From: Hydrurus foetidus
Lineage: Eukaryota
Assembly: GCA_900617105.1 (NCBI GenBank)
Contig: UYFQ01000001.1
Span: 4,650,001 to 4,714,000 of the forward strand
Direction of reading: 5' to 3'
Length of the DNA stretch: 64,000 nt
Shown here: in pieces, positions 9,601 through 18,555 of the stretch
How positions within the stretch are numbered: position 1 is the stretch's first letter
How the letters are laid out: each line of letters starts with the position of its first letter
Notes under the pieces: model-generated
The model's input: the letters and a program-made list of their open reading frames with translations, nothing else
Told to the model about the DNA's origin: nothing
Database searches by the model: none
Translations under genes and position numbers: made by a program

Positions 9601-10721
9601 ATTTGTTCATGAACTTTCGGGTGGTCGACGAGCATGGCAGGCAGCTGGGTACAGGCCGCAGCCTGGCCGGGCTGAAGGGTGAGTTGGGCGCGCAGGCGCG
9701 CGGTGCGTTTCAGGCATTGGCGGGTTTAAAAAATCTGGCCAAATCATCATTTGAGGCTGAAAAACCCTTAATTTCAGCCTTAAATATGCCTGTAGCCCAA
9801 CAAATACAGGCGCGAGCAGCTCCTGAAAAAGTAGCAGTTAAAACTCAAGAACGATACACCACCTGGTCGTTTGGCGAGCTGCCCGAGCTGATGGAAATTG
9901 CAAAAGGCAACCAGACGTTGATTGGTTTTCCGGCGCTGATTGATTTGCAAGACGCCGTCACGATTGAAGTGTTTGACGAGCCAGAAGTTGCCGCCACCAA
10001 GCACCGCGCTGGTCTGCGCAGGTTGTTCGCACTGCAAATCAAAGACGCGATCAAGTACCTTGAAAAAAACCTGCCAGACCTGCAAAAAATGGCGACCGCC
10101 TACATGTTGGTCGGCCGCGCGGCAGACAACTCTGGCGGCGGAACGCTGGAAGAGTTGCGTGAGCAGATTCTCGAAGTAGCTTTGAACCGAACGTTTTTAC
10201 TCGACCCCCTGCCGACAAACGAGGCCGAGTTTAAAAAGCGGCTGGATGAAGGGCGAGGGCGCTTAACGCTAATTGCCACTGAAATTGCGCGCTTGGCCGC
10301 AGGCGTTTTGCTGGAATTTACTGTCGCCCAGCGCAAAATAAAGGACACTAAAAATGCGGTGGACGCAGCGGCCGATGCCGCTCAACAGTTGCAGCGATTG
10401 GTGCCAAAACGGTTTTTGACCACCACGCCTTACATTCAACTGCAGCATTTCACCCGCTACCTCAAAGCCATTACGGCCAGGCTGGAGAAGTGGCGTGCCG
10501 ACCCTGCGCGGGACGCCGCCAGGTTGCTAGAGCTCAAACCTCAAGAGCAGCGCTACTGGCGCTTGGTGGCTGAGCGCAAAGGCGCCACAGATGCGCGAAT
10601 GCAGGAGTTTCGCTGGCTGCTCGAGGAACTGCGGGTAAGCTTTTTTGCGCAAGAGCTGCGCACCCCCCAGCCGGTCAGTATCAAGCGGCTGGAGAAGGTT
10701 TGGCAGCAACTGAACAGTTAA
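6651..10721 (+). CDS. hrpA: ATP-dependent RNA helicase HrpA
   Basis: GETGSGKTTQ, DEAH, SAT, QRAGRCGR and C-terminal LEELRVSFFAQEL. True start may be ATG 6744. Confidence 0.97.
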   Translation: MDKFEYSLLRPDPLLTRASPPASPPEPQGRSMLVIDFPESLPVSGKREEISAAIAAHQVVIVCGETGSGKTTQLPKILLAMGRGKLNYAPGQRSKLIGHTQPRRIAASSVAKRIAEELKTPLGDVVGFKVRFQDRLSRDASVKLMTDGILLAETQTDPLLNAYDTIIIDEAHERSLNIDFLLGYLRQLLPRRPDLKVIITSATIDAARFAEYFASAKGPAPVIMVSGRMFPVEQRYRPFEESRDYDLNDAIADAVDELWLSPHNAGDILVFLPGEREIREATDHLRKHLAHQPMNRGADVLPLFARLSPAEQDQIFANHSNRRIVLATNVAETSLTVPGIRYVIDAGTARVKRYSFRSKVEQLMVEPISQAAANQRAGRCGRVADGICIRLYDAQDFAGRQRFTDPEILRSSLAAVILRMKALHLGAIEDFAFIEPPQRRAMTDGYQLLAELGAVDDDNELTAVGHTLAKLPLDPRVGRMILEAKSRSALDEVLVIASALSVQDVRDRPMDKQAQADQAHAKFDDEKSEFVGYLKLWKWLGASRGGPSPQPSPPNGRGGNSLPLPRAGEGRGEGAAQHKLSNRQYENLLRENFINIRRVREWRDIHSQLVSTVAEQHWDINKNPASYEQLHQSMLCGLLGNLGLKSDEEDWYLGARGIKFYRHPGAKLSKKPGRWIVAAELVETTRLFGRGIANIEPQWIEQVAGHLLKKQLLDPHWEKKAAQVTALERATLYGLVVYNGRRVNFGRVDPVAAREVFIREALVAGNWDTPLPFLKANEKLIAKVQDLEHKARRQDVLVDEELIYAFYDQQLPADVCSGASCEAWYAQEVKKEAKNQTKLLFLTQEELMRHEAAGITTQAFPKILRLGGVDCTATYLHEPGDAKDGVTVDVPLFALNQVNEDRCEWLVPGMLKDKVQALIKTLHQRPRSRLVPLPDTAARMAGQLNQPEVFGTGSLTDAVLKLVRDATAVDVKRGDLKLDMLAPHLFMNFRVVDEHGRQLGTGRSLAGLKGELGAQARGAFQALAGLKNLAKSSFEAEKPLISALNMPVAQQIQARAAPEKVAVKTQERYTTWSFGELPELMEIAKGNQTLIGFPALIDLQDAVTIEVFDEPEVAATKHRAGLRRLFALQIKDAIKYLEKNLPDLQKMATAYMLVGRAADNSGGGTLEELREQILEVALNRTFLLDPLPTNEAEFKKRLDEGRGRLTLIATEIARLAAGVLLEFTVAQRKIKDTKNAVDAAADAAQQLQRLVPKRFLTTTPYIQLQHFTRYLKAITARLEKWRADPARDAARLLELKPQEQRYWRLVAERKGATDARMQEFRWLLEELRVSFFAQELRTPQPVSIKRLEKVWQQLNS
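8287..8372. repeat. BoxC-like double palindromic repeat translated in frame in hrpA
   Basis: CCCCTCACCCCAACCCTCTCCC-cccaac-GGGAGAGGG followed by an inverted copy CCTCTCCCGC-gt-GCGGGAGAGGGTAGGGGTGAAGG. Encodes PSPQPSPPNGRGGNSLPLPRAGEGRGEG. Confidence 0.85.
9782..9835 (-). repeat. Family-A motif, in frame inside hrpA (NMPVAQQIQARAAPEKVA)
   Basis: Reverse strand GCTACTTTTTCAGGAGC TGCTCGCGC CTGTATTTGTTG GGCTA CAGGCATATTT. Confidence 0.88.
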
Positions 10722-10733
10722 CGGCGCGGGGAG

Positions 10734-10892
10734 TTAAATCCGCCCCATCAGCAACAGCACAATCAACACGATGACGACCAAACCCAAGCCGCCGCTTGGG
10801 CCGTACCCCCAATTGCGGCTGTGCCCCCAGGTTGGCAGCGCGCCGACAAGAATCAAAATTAAAACGATCAGCAAAATGAGGGAAATTGACAT
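10734..10892 (-). CDS. Small membrane protein, DUF3309 family (52 aa, not in the ORF track)
   Basis: Manual translation MSISLILLIVLILILVGALPTWGHSRNWGYGPSGGLGLVVIVLIVLLLMGRI*. LPTWGHSRNWGYGPSGG is the family signature. Confidence 0.9.
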   Translation of the reverse strand: MSISLILLIVLILILVGALPTWGHSRNWGYGPSGGLGLVVIVLIVLLLMGRI

Positions 10893-10990
10893 GAAGAGTC
10901 CTTGTTATTTGTACATTGATTCTGCCTCTCGGCGCACCAGAAACAAGCAGGAACAAGGCGCATCGCGCCGTCAGCCAACGCCGATGAGTG

Positions 10991-12178
10991 CTACAGCTTG
11001 GCCAGTCGCGCTAAAGCTGCGTTGAGTGTGTCGTCTTTTTTAGCAAAGCAAAAACGCACTACCCGCTGGTCAAAGCCGTTGCCGTAAAACGCAGACAAAG
11101 GAATAGCCGCCACGCCAATTTCAGTGGTGAGCCATTTGCAAAAATCAGCCTCGTCTAAGTCGCTGACTTCAGATATATCAACGCACTGAAAATAACTGCC
11201 TTCGCTGGGCAAAAGTTTGAAGCGGGTGTTGGCTAAACCGGCCCGAAATAAATCGCGTTTGCGCTGGTAAAACGCAGGCAAGTCAAGGTAGGGCCGGGCG
11301 TCTTCCATGTAGCTGGCTAGCGCGTGCTGCACTGGCGTGTTGACAGTGAACACGTTGAACTGGTGAACCTTGCGAAACTCGGCTGTAAGGGCTGCTGGCG
11401 CAGCCACATAGCCTACCTTCCAGCCCGTGACATGGTAAGTTTTACCAAAGCTGCTGACGATAAACGCACGCGCTGCCAAGCCAGGAAAGCGCGCTGCGCT
11501 TTGGTGAATTTGACCGCGGTCAGCATCAAACACCATGTGCTCGTACACCTCGTCGCTAATGAGCAAAACATCAGTTGGTGCCAGCAAGTCTTGCAGTTTG
11601 AGCATGTCGGCCTCAGTCCACACAGTTGCAGTCGGGTTATGCGGCGAGTTGATCAAAATAGCGCGGGTTTTGGGCGTTATGGCCGCGCTTATTGCGTCAA
11701 AGTCTGGCCTGAAGGTGCCGGGCGAAGTCGATGAACCCAGGGGTACACGCACCACCACGCCGCCTGCCAGCTCAATGTTGGGTACGTAGCTGTCGTAGCA
11801 GGGCTCCAGCACGATGACTTCATCGCCCGGGTGCACCACGGCCAGCATGGCGGTAATGATGGCCTGCGTGGCGCCTGCGGTGACGGTGATCTCATGGTTC
11901 ATGTCGTAGCTGCGGCCATGCAACTTGAGCAGCTTGCTTGAGATAGCCTGGCGCAAGGCGGGCACGCCAGGCATGGGCGGGTATTGGTTCAAGCCGCTGG
12001 CCATGGCTGTAGAGACAGCATTGACCAGCTTCGGGTCACATTCAAAGTCCGGGAAGCCTTGGCCAAGGTTGACGGCGTTGTGCTCGTTAGCCAAATTCGA
12101 CATCACGGTAAAAATGGTGGTGCCGACCGCTGGTAACTTGGTTTTTAACTGCGGCGTTTTTTCAAGAACTGCGTTCAT
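10991..12178 (-). CDS. PLP-dependent aminotransferase class I/II (YbdL/methionine aminotransferase-like)
   Basis: GTTIFTVMS, NLGQGFPDF, NSPHNPT, SDEVYEH and SSFGKTYHVTGWKVGY. Confidence 0.92.
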   Translation of the reverse strand: MNAVLEKTPQLKTKLPAVGTTIFTVMSNLANEHNAVNLGQGFPDFECDPKLVNAVSTAMASGLNQYPPMPGVPALRQAISSKLLKLHGRSYDMNHEITVTAGATQAIITAMLAVVHPGDEVIVLEPCYDSYVPNIELAGGVVVRVPLGSSTSPGTFRPDFDAISAAITPKTRAILINSPHNPTATVWTEADMLKLQDLLAPTDVLLISDEVYEHMVFDADRGQIHQSAARFPGLAARAFIVSSFGKTYHVTGWKVGYVAAPAALTAEFRKVHQFNVFTVNTPVQHALASYMEDARPYLDLPAFYQRKRDLFRAGLANTRFKLLPSEGSYFQCVDISEVSDLDEADFCKWLTTEIGVAAIPLSAFYGNGFDQRVVRFCFAKKDDTLNAALARLAKL

Positions 12179-12227
12179 GGCTGGTTGTTCTCAGTAGAGT
12201 AAAAAATATAAACTTGCAAAGAGTGCC

Positions 12228-13166
12228 CTAAAAGTCGTTTGCGTGGCCCGACATGGTTTTTTCAATCACGGCGCGGGTCAAATCGCTGCTTAAAAGCTCG
12301 GCAAATGTGTATACAAAATTACGCAAGTAAGCACTGCGCTTGAACGCCACGCGGGCCACGTTAACCCCGAACAAGCCGCCCGCAGGCAGCGCCACCAAAT
12401 CGCTGTTTGTGCCGTCATCTTTAATGGCCATTTCGGCAATGATGCCAACGCCCAAGCCAAGCCGCACGTAGGTTTTGATGACATCAGAGTCAATCGCTTC
12501 CAGCGCGATGCGCGGCTCCAAGTGCGCGGCTGCAAAAGCGGCGTCAATCTTGGTGCGGCCAGTAAATGACGGGTGGTAGGTGATCAGCGGCTCTAGTGCC
12601 AAGTCTGCCAGCGTGATGTTGGCGTTACCGGCCAGCGGGTGTCCCACTGGCATGACCAGCATGTGTTGCCAGTCGTAGCAAGGCAGGGTAATCAACTCAG
12701 GGTAGCGGGTTAGCGATTCAGTTGCTATGCCGATTTCTGCCACTTCGTCAATCAGCATTTTGGCGACCTGGTCGGGCGAGCCCTGGTGCAAGCTCACATT
12801 GACTTTAGGAAACGCCTCGCGCAGCTTGGCCACTGGCTGCGGCAACACGTAGCGTGCCTGGGTATGCGTGGTGGCAATCGACAGGGTGCCGCTGTCTTGT
12901 TTGGAATACTGGTCGCCGATGCGGCGCAGGTTGCCGACTTCTCGAAGGATCAGGTCGATGCTTTTTAAAACGTGGGTACCGGGCTCAGTCACGCGTTTAA
13001 GGCGTTTGCCGTGGCGGGCAAAAATTTCAATGCCTAGTTCTTCTTCTAGCTCAATGATGGCCTTGGATACGCCTGGCTGGGAGGTATGCAGCGCTTGCGC
13101 GGTCTCGGTCAGGTTCAGATTGCGTTTTACTGCTTCTTGCACAAATCGAAACTGATGAAGATTCAT
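12228..13166 (-). CDS. cysB: CysB/Cbl family LysR-type transcriptional regulator
   Basis: NLTETAQALHTSQPGVSKAI helix-turn-helix, IATTHTQARY and DSDVIKTYVRLGLGVG. Confidence 0.9.
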   Translation of the reverse strand: MNLHQFRFVQEAVKRNLNLTETAQALHTSQPGVSKAIIELEEELGIEIFARHGKRLKRVTEPGTHVLKSIDLILREVGNLRRIGDQYSKQDSGTLSIATTHTQARYVLPQPVAKLREAFPKVNVSLHQGSPDQVAKMLIDEVAEIGIATESLTRYPELITLPCYDWQHMLVMPVGHPLAGNANITLADLALEPLITYHPSFTGRTKIDAAFAAAHLEPRIALEAIDSDVIKTYVRLGLGVGIIAEMAIKDDGTNSDLVALPAGGLFGVNVARVAFKRSAYLRNFVYTFAELLSSDLTRAVIEKTMSGHANDF

Positions 13167-13268
13167 ATCAAACCTGAACTAATAATGAGATTCATTATAT
13201 CTTTATGGGGCTATAGAGCTAGATTTGGGCTGGACATTAGCGCCCTGGCAAACCGCCCGCGCCGAATG

Positions 13269-13649
13269 TCAAGGCAGAGCCAAATCAGCCAGCAAAGCGA
13301 TCAGCGCTGGGTGCTCACCGGCGGTGGGCAGTAACTCAAATTCAACGCCGGGGTGGGCCGCTACCAGCTGCGCCATCAGCAAAGGCAAATCCTCCCGAGC
13401 GTGTTTGCCAACACCTAAAAATAGCGGAAATACCCTAACTTTACGGGCGCCAGAAGCTATTAATTCAATAGCAGCTTCGGCAATATTTGGCGTACACAGC
13501 TCTAGGTAAGCGCAGCTGACCGGTGTGTGCGGCGCACGCTCGCGGATTTGCGCGGCCACTGCTTCTATGGGCAGCCGCCACTGCGGGTCTCGGGAGCCGT
13601 GCGCAAACACAATGACGCCGGTTGGGCTGGTGGGTGTGGTTCTGTTCAT
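13269..13649 (-). CDS. Sirohydrochlorin chelatase CbiX/SirB family
   Basis: FAHGSRDP, AYLEL and PLFLGVGKHAREDLP. Confidence 0.9.
   Translation of the reverse strand: MNRTTPTSPTGVIVFAHGSRDPQWRLPIEAVAAQIRERAPHTPVSCAYLELCTPNIAEAAIELIASGARKVRVFPLFLGVGKHAREDLPLLMAQLVAAHPGVEFELLPTAGEHPALIALLADLALP
13456..13490 (+). repeat. Degenerate/partial family-A motif inside the cbiX-like gene (PNIAEAAIELIAS)
   Basis: GCTATTAATTCAATAGC then AGCTTCGGC. The 17-bp arm is excellent and the rest is diverged. Same reading phase as the other antisense-orientation copies. Confidence 0.5.
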
Positions 13650-14809
13650 CGCCTGAGCACCAGCCAGCCAAAAGCGCCGAGCGACGCCAGCGCGTACAAA
13701 AGGCCTGGTGTTGCCGCTGCAATCCAGGGTTTCCAGTCGCGCAAATTACCGATGTAGCCAAACACGTTGTTCAGCAAAAAGAAGCTGATGCCAATCATTA
13801 CTCCGGCAAACACGTAAGCAGAAATTCCGCCTGCACGAAAGTGCAAGTAAGCAAAGGGCAACGCCAAAATAACCATTACCAGGCAGCTTAATGGGTAAAA
13901 CACTTTGCGCCAGAATTCAATCTCATAGCGCTGGGCGGTTTGGCCGTTGTTGTCAAGGTGGCGCACATAGTTAAACAAATCGACCGTGCCCATGCGCTCG
14001 GGTTTAAGCAGCGCGACTGACACCATTTCTTCGGTAAGTTCAGTGGGCCAGCGCAGCGTGGCCAGCGTTGAACGCTTGATGCTGGACGTTTCTGATGTTG
14101 CCGCTGTGGGTGCGCTGCTACCAGCCGCGGAGGCAATCAAAAAGTCGTCTCTGGTGACGTTATTTAACAGCCATGAATCGTCTGGCTTGAAAGTGGCGCT
14201 ACCTGCTTGCGTGATGGACGTGATCAAACCCTTGTTATCAAACTCGTAAATTTTTACGTTGCTCATGGTGTTGTCTGGGCTGAGCGTTTTAACGTTGGCT
14301 ACATAGGCGTTGTAGCGCTGTTTTTCTTTTAGCCAGGCACCGGTCTGCCCGACGGTAAGGTCACCCCTGAACTTGGCCTTGACCAACTGCGCAGCGCGTG
14401 AGCTGGGCGGCGCCAGGTAGTCGCCCACCAAAAAGCTCAGCAACACAAAAACGCCGCCTATGGTCAGCAGCAACTGCAAAGCTCGCCACGGGCCCAAGCC
14501 GCTGGTGCGCAAGATGGTGTATTCAGAGCTCTGCGCCAGCCTTGCCATGACGAAAATTGTGCCGATCAGCACTGAAATTGGCAGCAATTCGTACAGGTGA
14601 TTCGGTATCAGCAGCGCTACATAAAGCAGAGCGTGGCGCAATTGATAACTTTGCTCAGCAGCCGCTACGCCCGCTATACCCAACGATTTGCCGATGTCTT
14701 GAAGCTCATCGACCAAATCAAAAAAGAAGAAAAGCGCCAAAAACCCCAGCGCTACCAAGCCGATAGCACTCACCACTTCTTTGTAAATAAGTCGGCGTAC
14801 GGTGTTCAC
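13646..14809 (-). CDS. lptG: LPS export ABC transporter permease LptG
   Basis: LAQSSEYTILRTSG and YEIEFWRKVFYPL. Follows lptF with a 4-nt overlap. Confidence 0.95.
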   Translation of the reverse strand: MNTVRRLIYKEVVSAIGLVALGFLALFFFFDLVDELQDIGKSLGIAGVAAAEQSYQLRHALLYVALLIPNHLYELLPISVLIGTIFVMARLAQSSEYTILRTSGLGPWRALQLLLTIGGVFVLLSFLVGDYLAPPSSRAAQLVKAKFRGDLTVGQTGAWLKEKQRYNAYVANVKTLSPDNTMSNVKIYEFDNKGLITSITQAGSATFKPDDSWLLNNVTRDDFLIASAAGSSAPTAATSETSSIKRSTLATLRWPTELTEEMVSVALLKPERMGTVDLFNYVRHLDNNGQTAQRYEIEFWRKVFYPLSCLVMVILALPFAYLHFRAGGISAYVFAGVMIGISFFLLNNVFGYIGNLRDWKPWIAAATPGLLYALASLGAFGWLVLRR

Positions 14810-15918
14810 TTGGCTGCCTTGGCTTCTAGAAGTGGGCGCTTGAACGCGGCACGCAGCGTCCAGTTCGCATCGCGTTTGGCCAGCCAGGCCAAGCTGGCCA
14901 GCAACACGCCGCCGTGCAGGGCAAGCAGCAGGGCCAAAAAATTGATTTTTTCAGCCGACACCCAGGTAATGCCCAAGTTGATAGCGTTGTTGTAAGCAAC
15001 AAATGCCAACACCACGAATATCAGACTGCTGCTTCGTCCGCCGCGTGGGTTGACTCGCGCTAATGCCACTGCCAGCACGACAAAATTGATACCAGCCAAT
15101 GCCAAGCCCAGCCGCCACGCCAGTTCGGCCTGGGTGCTGGGAGACGGGGCCAACAACAGCGCGCGCACCGACTGCAGCCGCGGGTCTTGTGTTTCAAAGG
15201 TGGTGACCGGCGTGTCACCCGCTTTGGTGCCGTATTCTTCAAAAACGCTGACTTTTTGAGCTGATGTGCCCACGTCAGTCTCCAGCCGCTGACCATTTTC
15301 AAGCAGCAAAAACGGACTGTTGCCGCGGGTCTCTAACCGCCCCGAACTGGCGGTGGTTACCGACCGCTTGCCTTTTTCAGTGGAGGCGATGAATACGTTG
15401 TTGCTGGCAGCGATGTCTGATTTTCCTTGCCGGTCAATAAAAAATACCCGGTTGCCGTTGGATGACTCCTGAAATTGCCCGGGGGCAATGCGGTCAATAT
15501 CGCTTCGGCTGCCGTAAGAGTCTTGCATGATTTTGGTTTGCTGGTTGGTCCACGGCCACACAAACAGCGCAGTCAGGAAAATAATCAACAAAACCGGCCA
15601 GGCAAACCGAAACAGCGGCTTGAGAAAACTCGCCAAACTTTGCCCGCTGGTGAACCACACCACCATTTCACTGTCTCTGTACATGCGGGTCAGCGTCGCC
15701 ACCATGGCGATGAAAAGCGACAGCGTCAAAATGGTTGGCAGCCGCCCCAGTGCCGCGTAACCCATAAAAAGCACCACATCTTGCGGATTAAGCGCCCCCC
15801 TGGACGCTTGCCCTAGCGTGCGGATCAACACGATGGTCAGCACGATCGTCAACAGCACGACAAAGGTCGCGCCGAAGCTGCGGGCGAGTTCTCGGCGGAT
15901 GGAAGATTGGAATAACAT
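14806..15918 (-). CDS. lptF: LPS export ABC transporter permease LptF
   Basis: TRMYRDSEMVVWFTSG and AELAWRL. Divergent from pepA, as is usual. Confidence 0.95.
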   Translation of the reverse strand: MLFQSSIRRELARSFGATFVVLLTIVLTIVLIRTLGQASRGALNPQDVVLFMGYAALGRLPTILTLSLFIAMVATLTRMYRDSEMVVWFTSGQSLASFLKPLFRFAWPVLLIIFLTALFVWPWTNQQTKIMQDSYGSRSDIDRIAPGQFQESSNGNRVFFIDRQGKSDIAASNNVFIASTEKGKRSVTTASSGRLETRGNSPFLLLENGQRLETDVGTSAQKVSVFEEYGTKAGDTPVTTFETQDPRLQSVRALLLAPSPSTQAELAWRLGLALAGINFVVLAVALARVNPRGGRSSSLIFVVLAFVAYNNAINLGITWVSAEKINFLALLLALHGGVLLASLAWLAKRDANWTLRAAFKRPLLEAKAAK

Positions 15919-16043
15919 AAGGCAGGTGTGTGCTGTGCAACAAGTAGCGGGAGGCGTTGAACTCCCGTCAGCTCAGCATATCGGTTTATTCAGCTTGTTT
16001 TTAGCCATTATTTTATTTACTTCACGGCGTACCGATTTCTACT

Positions 16044-17561
16044 ATGAACTTTGAACTTAAAACACTGACAGATGAACGCTTGCCCGATGAAAAGTGTGAC
16101 GCACTGATTGTGCTGGTAGCGCAAGGTCAGGCCAGCGCGGCTTTTTTAGCCGGCAAGGGAGCCTGCTCAGTTCTGGCAGCCAGTGCAACGAACAAAGGTG
16201 ATTTTGAAGCCAAGCTGGGCAAGTTACTTAATTGCTACCGGCCAGCGGGCGTCTTGGCCAGCCGCCTGATTTTGGTGGGTGCGGGCGATGGCAGCCCAAA
16301 AAATGTGCGGACGGCGGTGCTGGCAGCCGTTGGCTCGCTTAAAGGCAGTAACTCGGCCAAAATCGTCGTTAGCCTGGGCGCTGCCCTGGATGTTAATGAC
16401 CAAACGGTTCGTGCTGCTGTGGTGGCCTGCGGCGACGCCGCCTACACCTACCGCACAACCAAGCCGTCGGCGACTGCCTCTAAGCTGGCCTCGGTTGTCA
16501 TAGCGGTGGCCAACGCTGCAAAGGTCAAATCTGGTTTTGCTTTGGGCACAGCCTTGGTTAACGGCATTGATTTCGCAAAAGAGTGGGCCAATCGGCCAGC
16601 GAATCACGCCACACCCGCCGCGCTGGCTACCGCAGCCAAGGCCTTGGGCAAGTACCCGAAATTTAAAGTCGATGTCTTGGGCCCCAAAGAAGTCGCCAAG
16701 CTTGGCATGGGATCGTTCATGGCCGTGTCGCAAGGTGCTGCTGAACCGCTGCGTTTTATTGTCATGCGCTACGACGGCGCAGCTAAAAGCCAAAGTCCCG
16801 TGGTGCTGATTGGCAAAGGTATTACGTTCGATACCGGCGGCATATCGATCAAGCCTGCGTCAGAGATGGACGAAATGAAGTTTGACATGTGCGGCGCGGC
16901 CAGCGTGTTGGGTGCGTTCCGCGCGCTGGCTGATTTAAAACCAGTCATTAACGTGGTGGGGCTGATTCCCGCCTGCGAGAACATGCCCGATGGGCGCGCC
17001 ATCAAGCCAGGCGATGTGGTCACCAGCATGAGCGGGCAAACCATCGAAATCTTGAACACCGACGCCGAAGGGCGCTTGGTACTGTGTGATGCCCTGACTT
17101 ATTCCGAGCGCTTTAAGCCGCGTGCCGTGGTTGACATCGCCACACTGACGGGCGCTTGCGTGGTCGCGCTGGGCGGCGTGCGCAGCGGCTTGTTTTCAAC
17201 TGACGAGGCGCTGGCCACGGCACTTGCGCAGGCCGGCGAATCGTCGCTGGATTTGTGCTGGCGCATGCCGCTAGACGACGAGTACGCCGAAGGCTTGAAA
17301 ACCAACTTTGCCGATGTGGCCAATGTGGCAGGGCGGGCGGGTGGGGCAGTGACAGCAGCCAAGTTTTTGCAACGCTTTGCGGCAAAGTTTCCTTGGGCGC
17401 ACCTCGACATCGCAGGTACCGCCTGGAAAAGCGGTGCGTCTAAAGGCGCAACTGGCAGGCCAGTTGCGCTTTTGCTGGATTACCTTTTGGGGCAAGCCAA
17501 TGTTGCCCCGACCAGTAGTGCGACAAAACCTGTTGCTAAAAAGCGCCGCCTTGCCGCATGA
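16044..17561 (+). CDS. pepA: Leucyl aminopeptidase
   Basis: GKGITFDTGG, MKFDMCGAA, NTDAEGRL and HLDIAG. Confidence 0.97.
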   Translation: MNFELKTLTDERLPDEKCDALIVLVAQGQASAAFLAGKGACSVLAASATNKGDFEAKLGKLLNCYRPAGVLASRLILVGAGDGSPKNVRTAVLAAVGSLKGSNSAKIVVSLGAALDVNDQTVRAAVVACGDAAYTYRTTKPSATASKLASVVIAVANAAKVKSGFALGTALVNGIDFAKEWANRPANHATPAALATAAKALGKYPKFKVDVLGPKEVAKLGMGSFMAVSQGAAEPLRFIVMRYDGAAKSQSPVVLIGKGITFDTGGISIKPASEMDEMKFDMCGAASVLGAFRALADLKPVINVVGLIPACENMPDGRAIKPGDVVTSMSGQTIEILNTDAEGRLVLCDALTYSERFKPRAVVDIATLTGACVVALGGVRSGLFSTDEALATALAQAGESSLDLCWRMPLDDEYAEGLKTNFADVANVAGRAGGAVTAAKFLQRFAAKFPWAHLDIAGTAWKSGASKGATGRPVALLLDYLLGQANVAPTSSATKPVAKKRRLAA

Positions 17562-18013
17562 CCGAGATCGAGTTTCATGCCAATGTGGGCGACAAACTGC
17601 ACTACAGCTGCCGCTTGCTGCGCAAGGCCGTGCGCAGTGGTGCCAAAGCAGTGGTGGTTGCAGACGCCGACACCTTGATGCAACTCGACCAATTGCTGTG
17701 GAGCTATTCAAGTGCCGAATTTTTGCCCCATTGCTCGGCAAATTCCCTAGAGTCGACCCGACTTGCCAGCCCTGTGCTGCTAACTGAGCAGCTGGCGGAT
17801 CAGCTCGACGGGCAAACATCAACAAGCGTTCTGGTCAATTTGGGGCAGCAGGTGCCGGCCAATTTCAAGCGGTTTGAACGTTTTATCGAAATAGCGTCGA
17901 GCCAGGTCGATGACCGGCAAGCGGCGCTTAACCGGTGGAAATACTACAAAGTGCGTGGCTACGCCCTAAAGCGACACGAAACGCCCACCAGCGGGGCGGG
18001 TGCCCAAGCATGA
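17558..18013 (+). CDS. holC: DNA polymerase III subunit chi
   Basis: CRLLRKA, LDQLLWSYSSAEFLPH and RWKYYKVRGY. Downstream of pepA. Confidence 0.93.
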   Translation: MTEIEFHANVGDKLHYSCRLLRKAVRSGAKAVVVADADTLMQLDQLLWSYSSAEFLPHCSANSLESTRLASPVLLTEQLADQLDGQTSTSVLVNLGQQVPANFKRFERFIEIASSQVDDRQAALNRWKYYKVRGYALKRHETPTSGAGAQA

Positions 18014-18031
18014 GCAACTTATGAGCAACCT

Positions 18032-18388
18032 ATGAGCACCACATCAGTGCCGCCGCGTTTTGTGCCCACGCTAACCGACGTGGTGCCGGCGGCGAACCGC
18101 TACTATGTTGCCCAATTCGACAGCGCCCCGCAGCACAGCACCGTGGCGATCGTAGGGGGCACAAGCAGCTTCAACGCCATGGCGCACACGGCTCGTACGG
18201 AAGACATGCTGGTCAAACGCGTCATGCAGCATGTTGATGTAGTGCTGGAGCGACGTTTGCGGGAGGCGATAGGCCGCGTTATTCTTGAGCATACCGAAGC
18301 CTTGGCCCCGAAGTTGCGTAGCGAGATAGAGCAGGTGGTTAAAGACTCTATTGCGCAGGCGGTGGCTCAAGAGGTTTCTGGCCGTTAG
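18032..18388 (+). CDS. Conserved hypothetical protein downstream of holC
   Basis: N-terminal VPTLTDVV motif and helical C-terminus; such proteins are usually found after holC in betaproteobacteria. Confidence 0.7.
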   Translation: MSTTSVPPRFVPTLTDVVPAANRYYVAQFDSAPQHSTVAIVGGTSSFNAMAHTARTEDMLVKRVMQHVDVVLERRLREAIGRVILEHTEALAPKLRSEIEQVVKDSIAQAVAQEVSGR

Positions 18389-18555
18389 GGGGTTTTTTTA
18401 GGTTAGTTCAATTCGGCTATGCCGGATGATCTCCCTGTCAACCCCCCATTACTTAGGGACGTTCCTATGTTGCGGGCCTAAAAATTGCGCTATCGTATGC
18501 CGCAGGACAAAAATTGTTCTTGAATTGAAATTCATTTTTTAACTGGAGTATTTTT

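Noticed and set aside
13195..13230. Additional family-A copy (GGGGCTATAGAGCTAGATTT)
   Set aside because: Only the GGCTA block matches; the 17-bp arm and the TGCTCGCGC core are absent.
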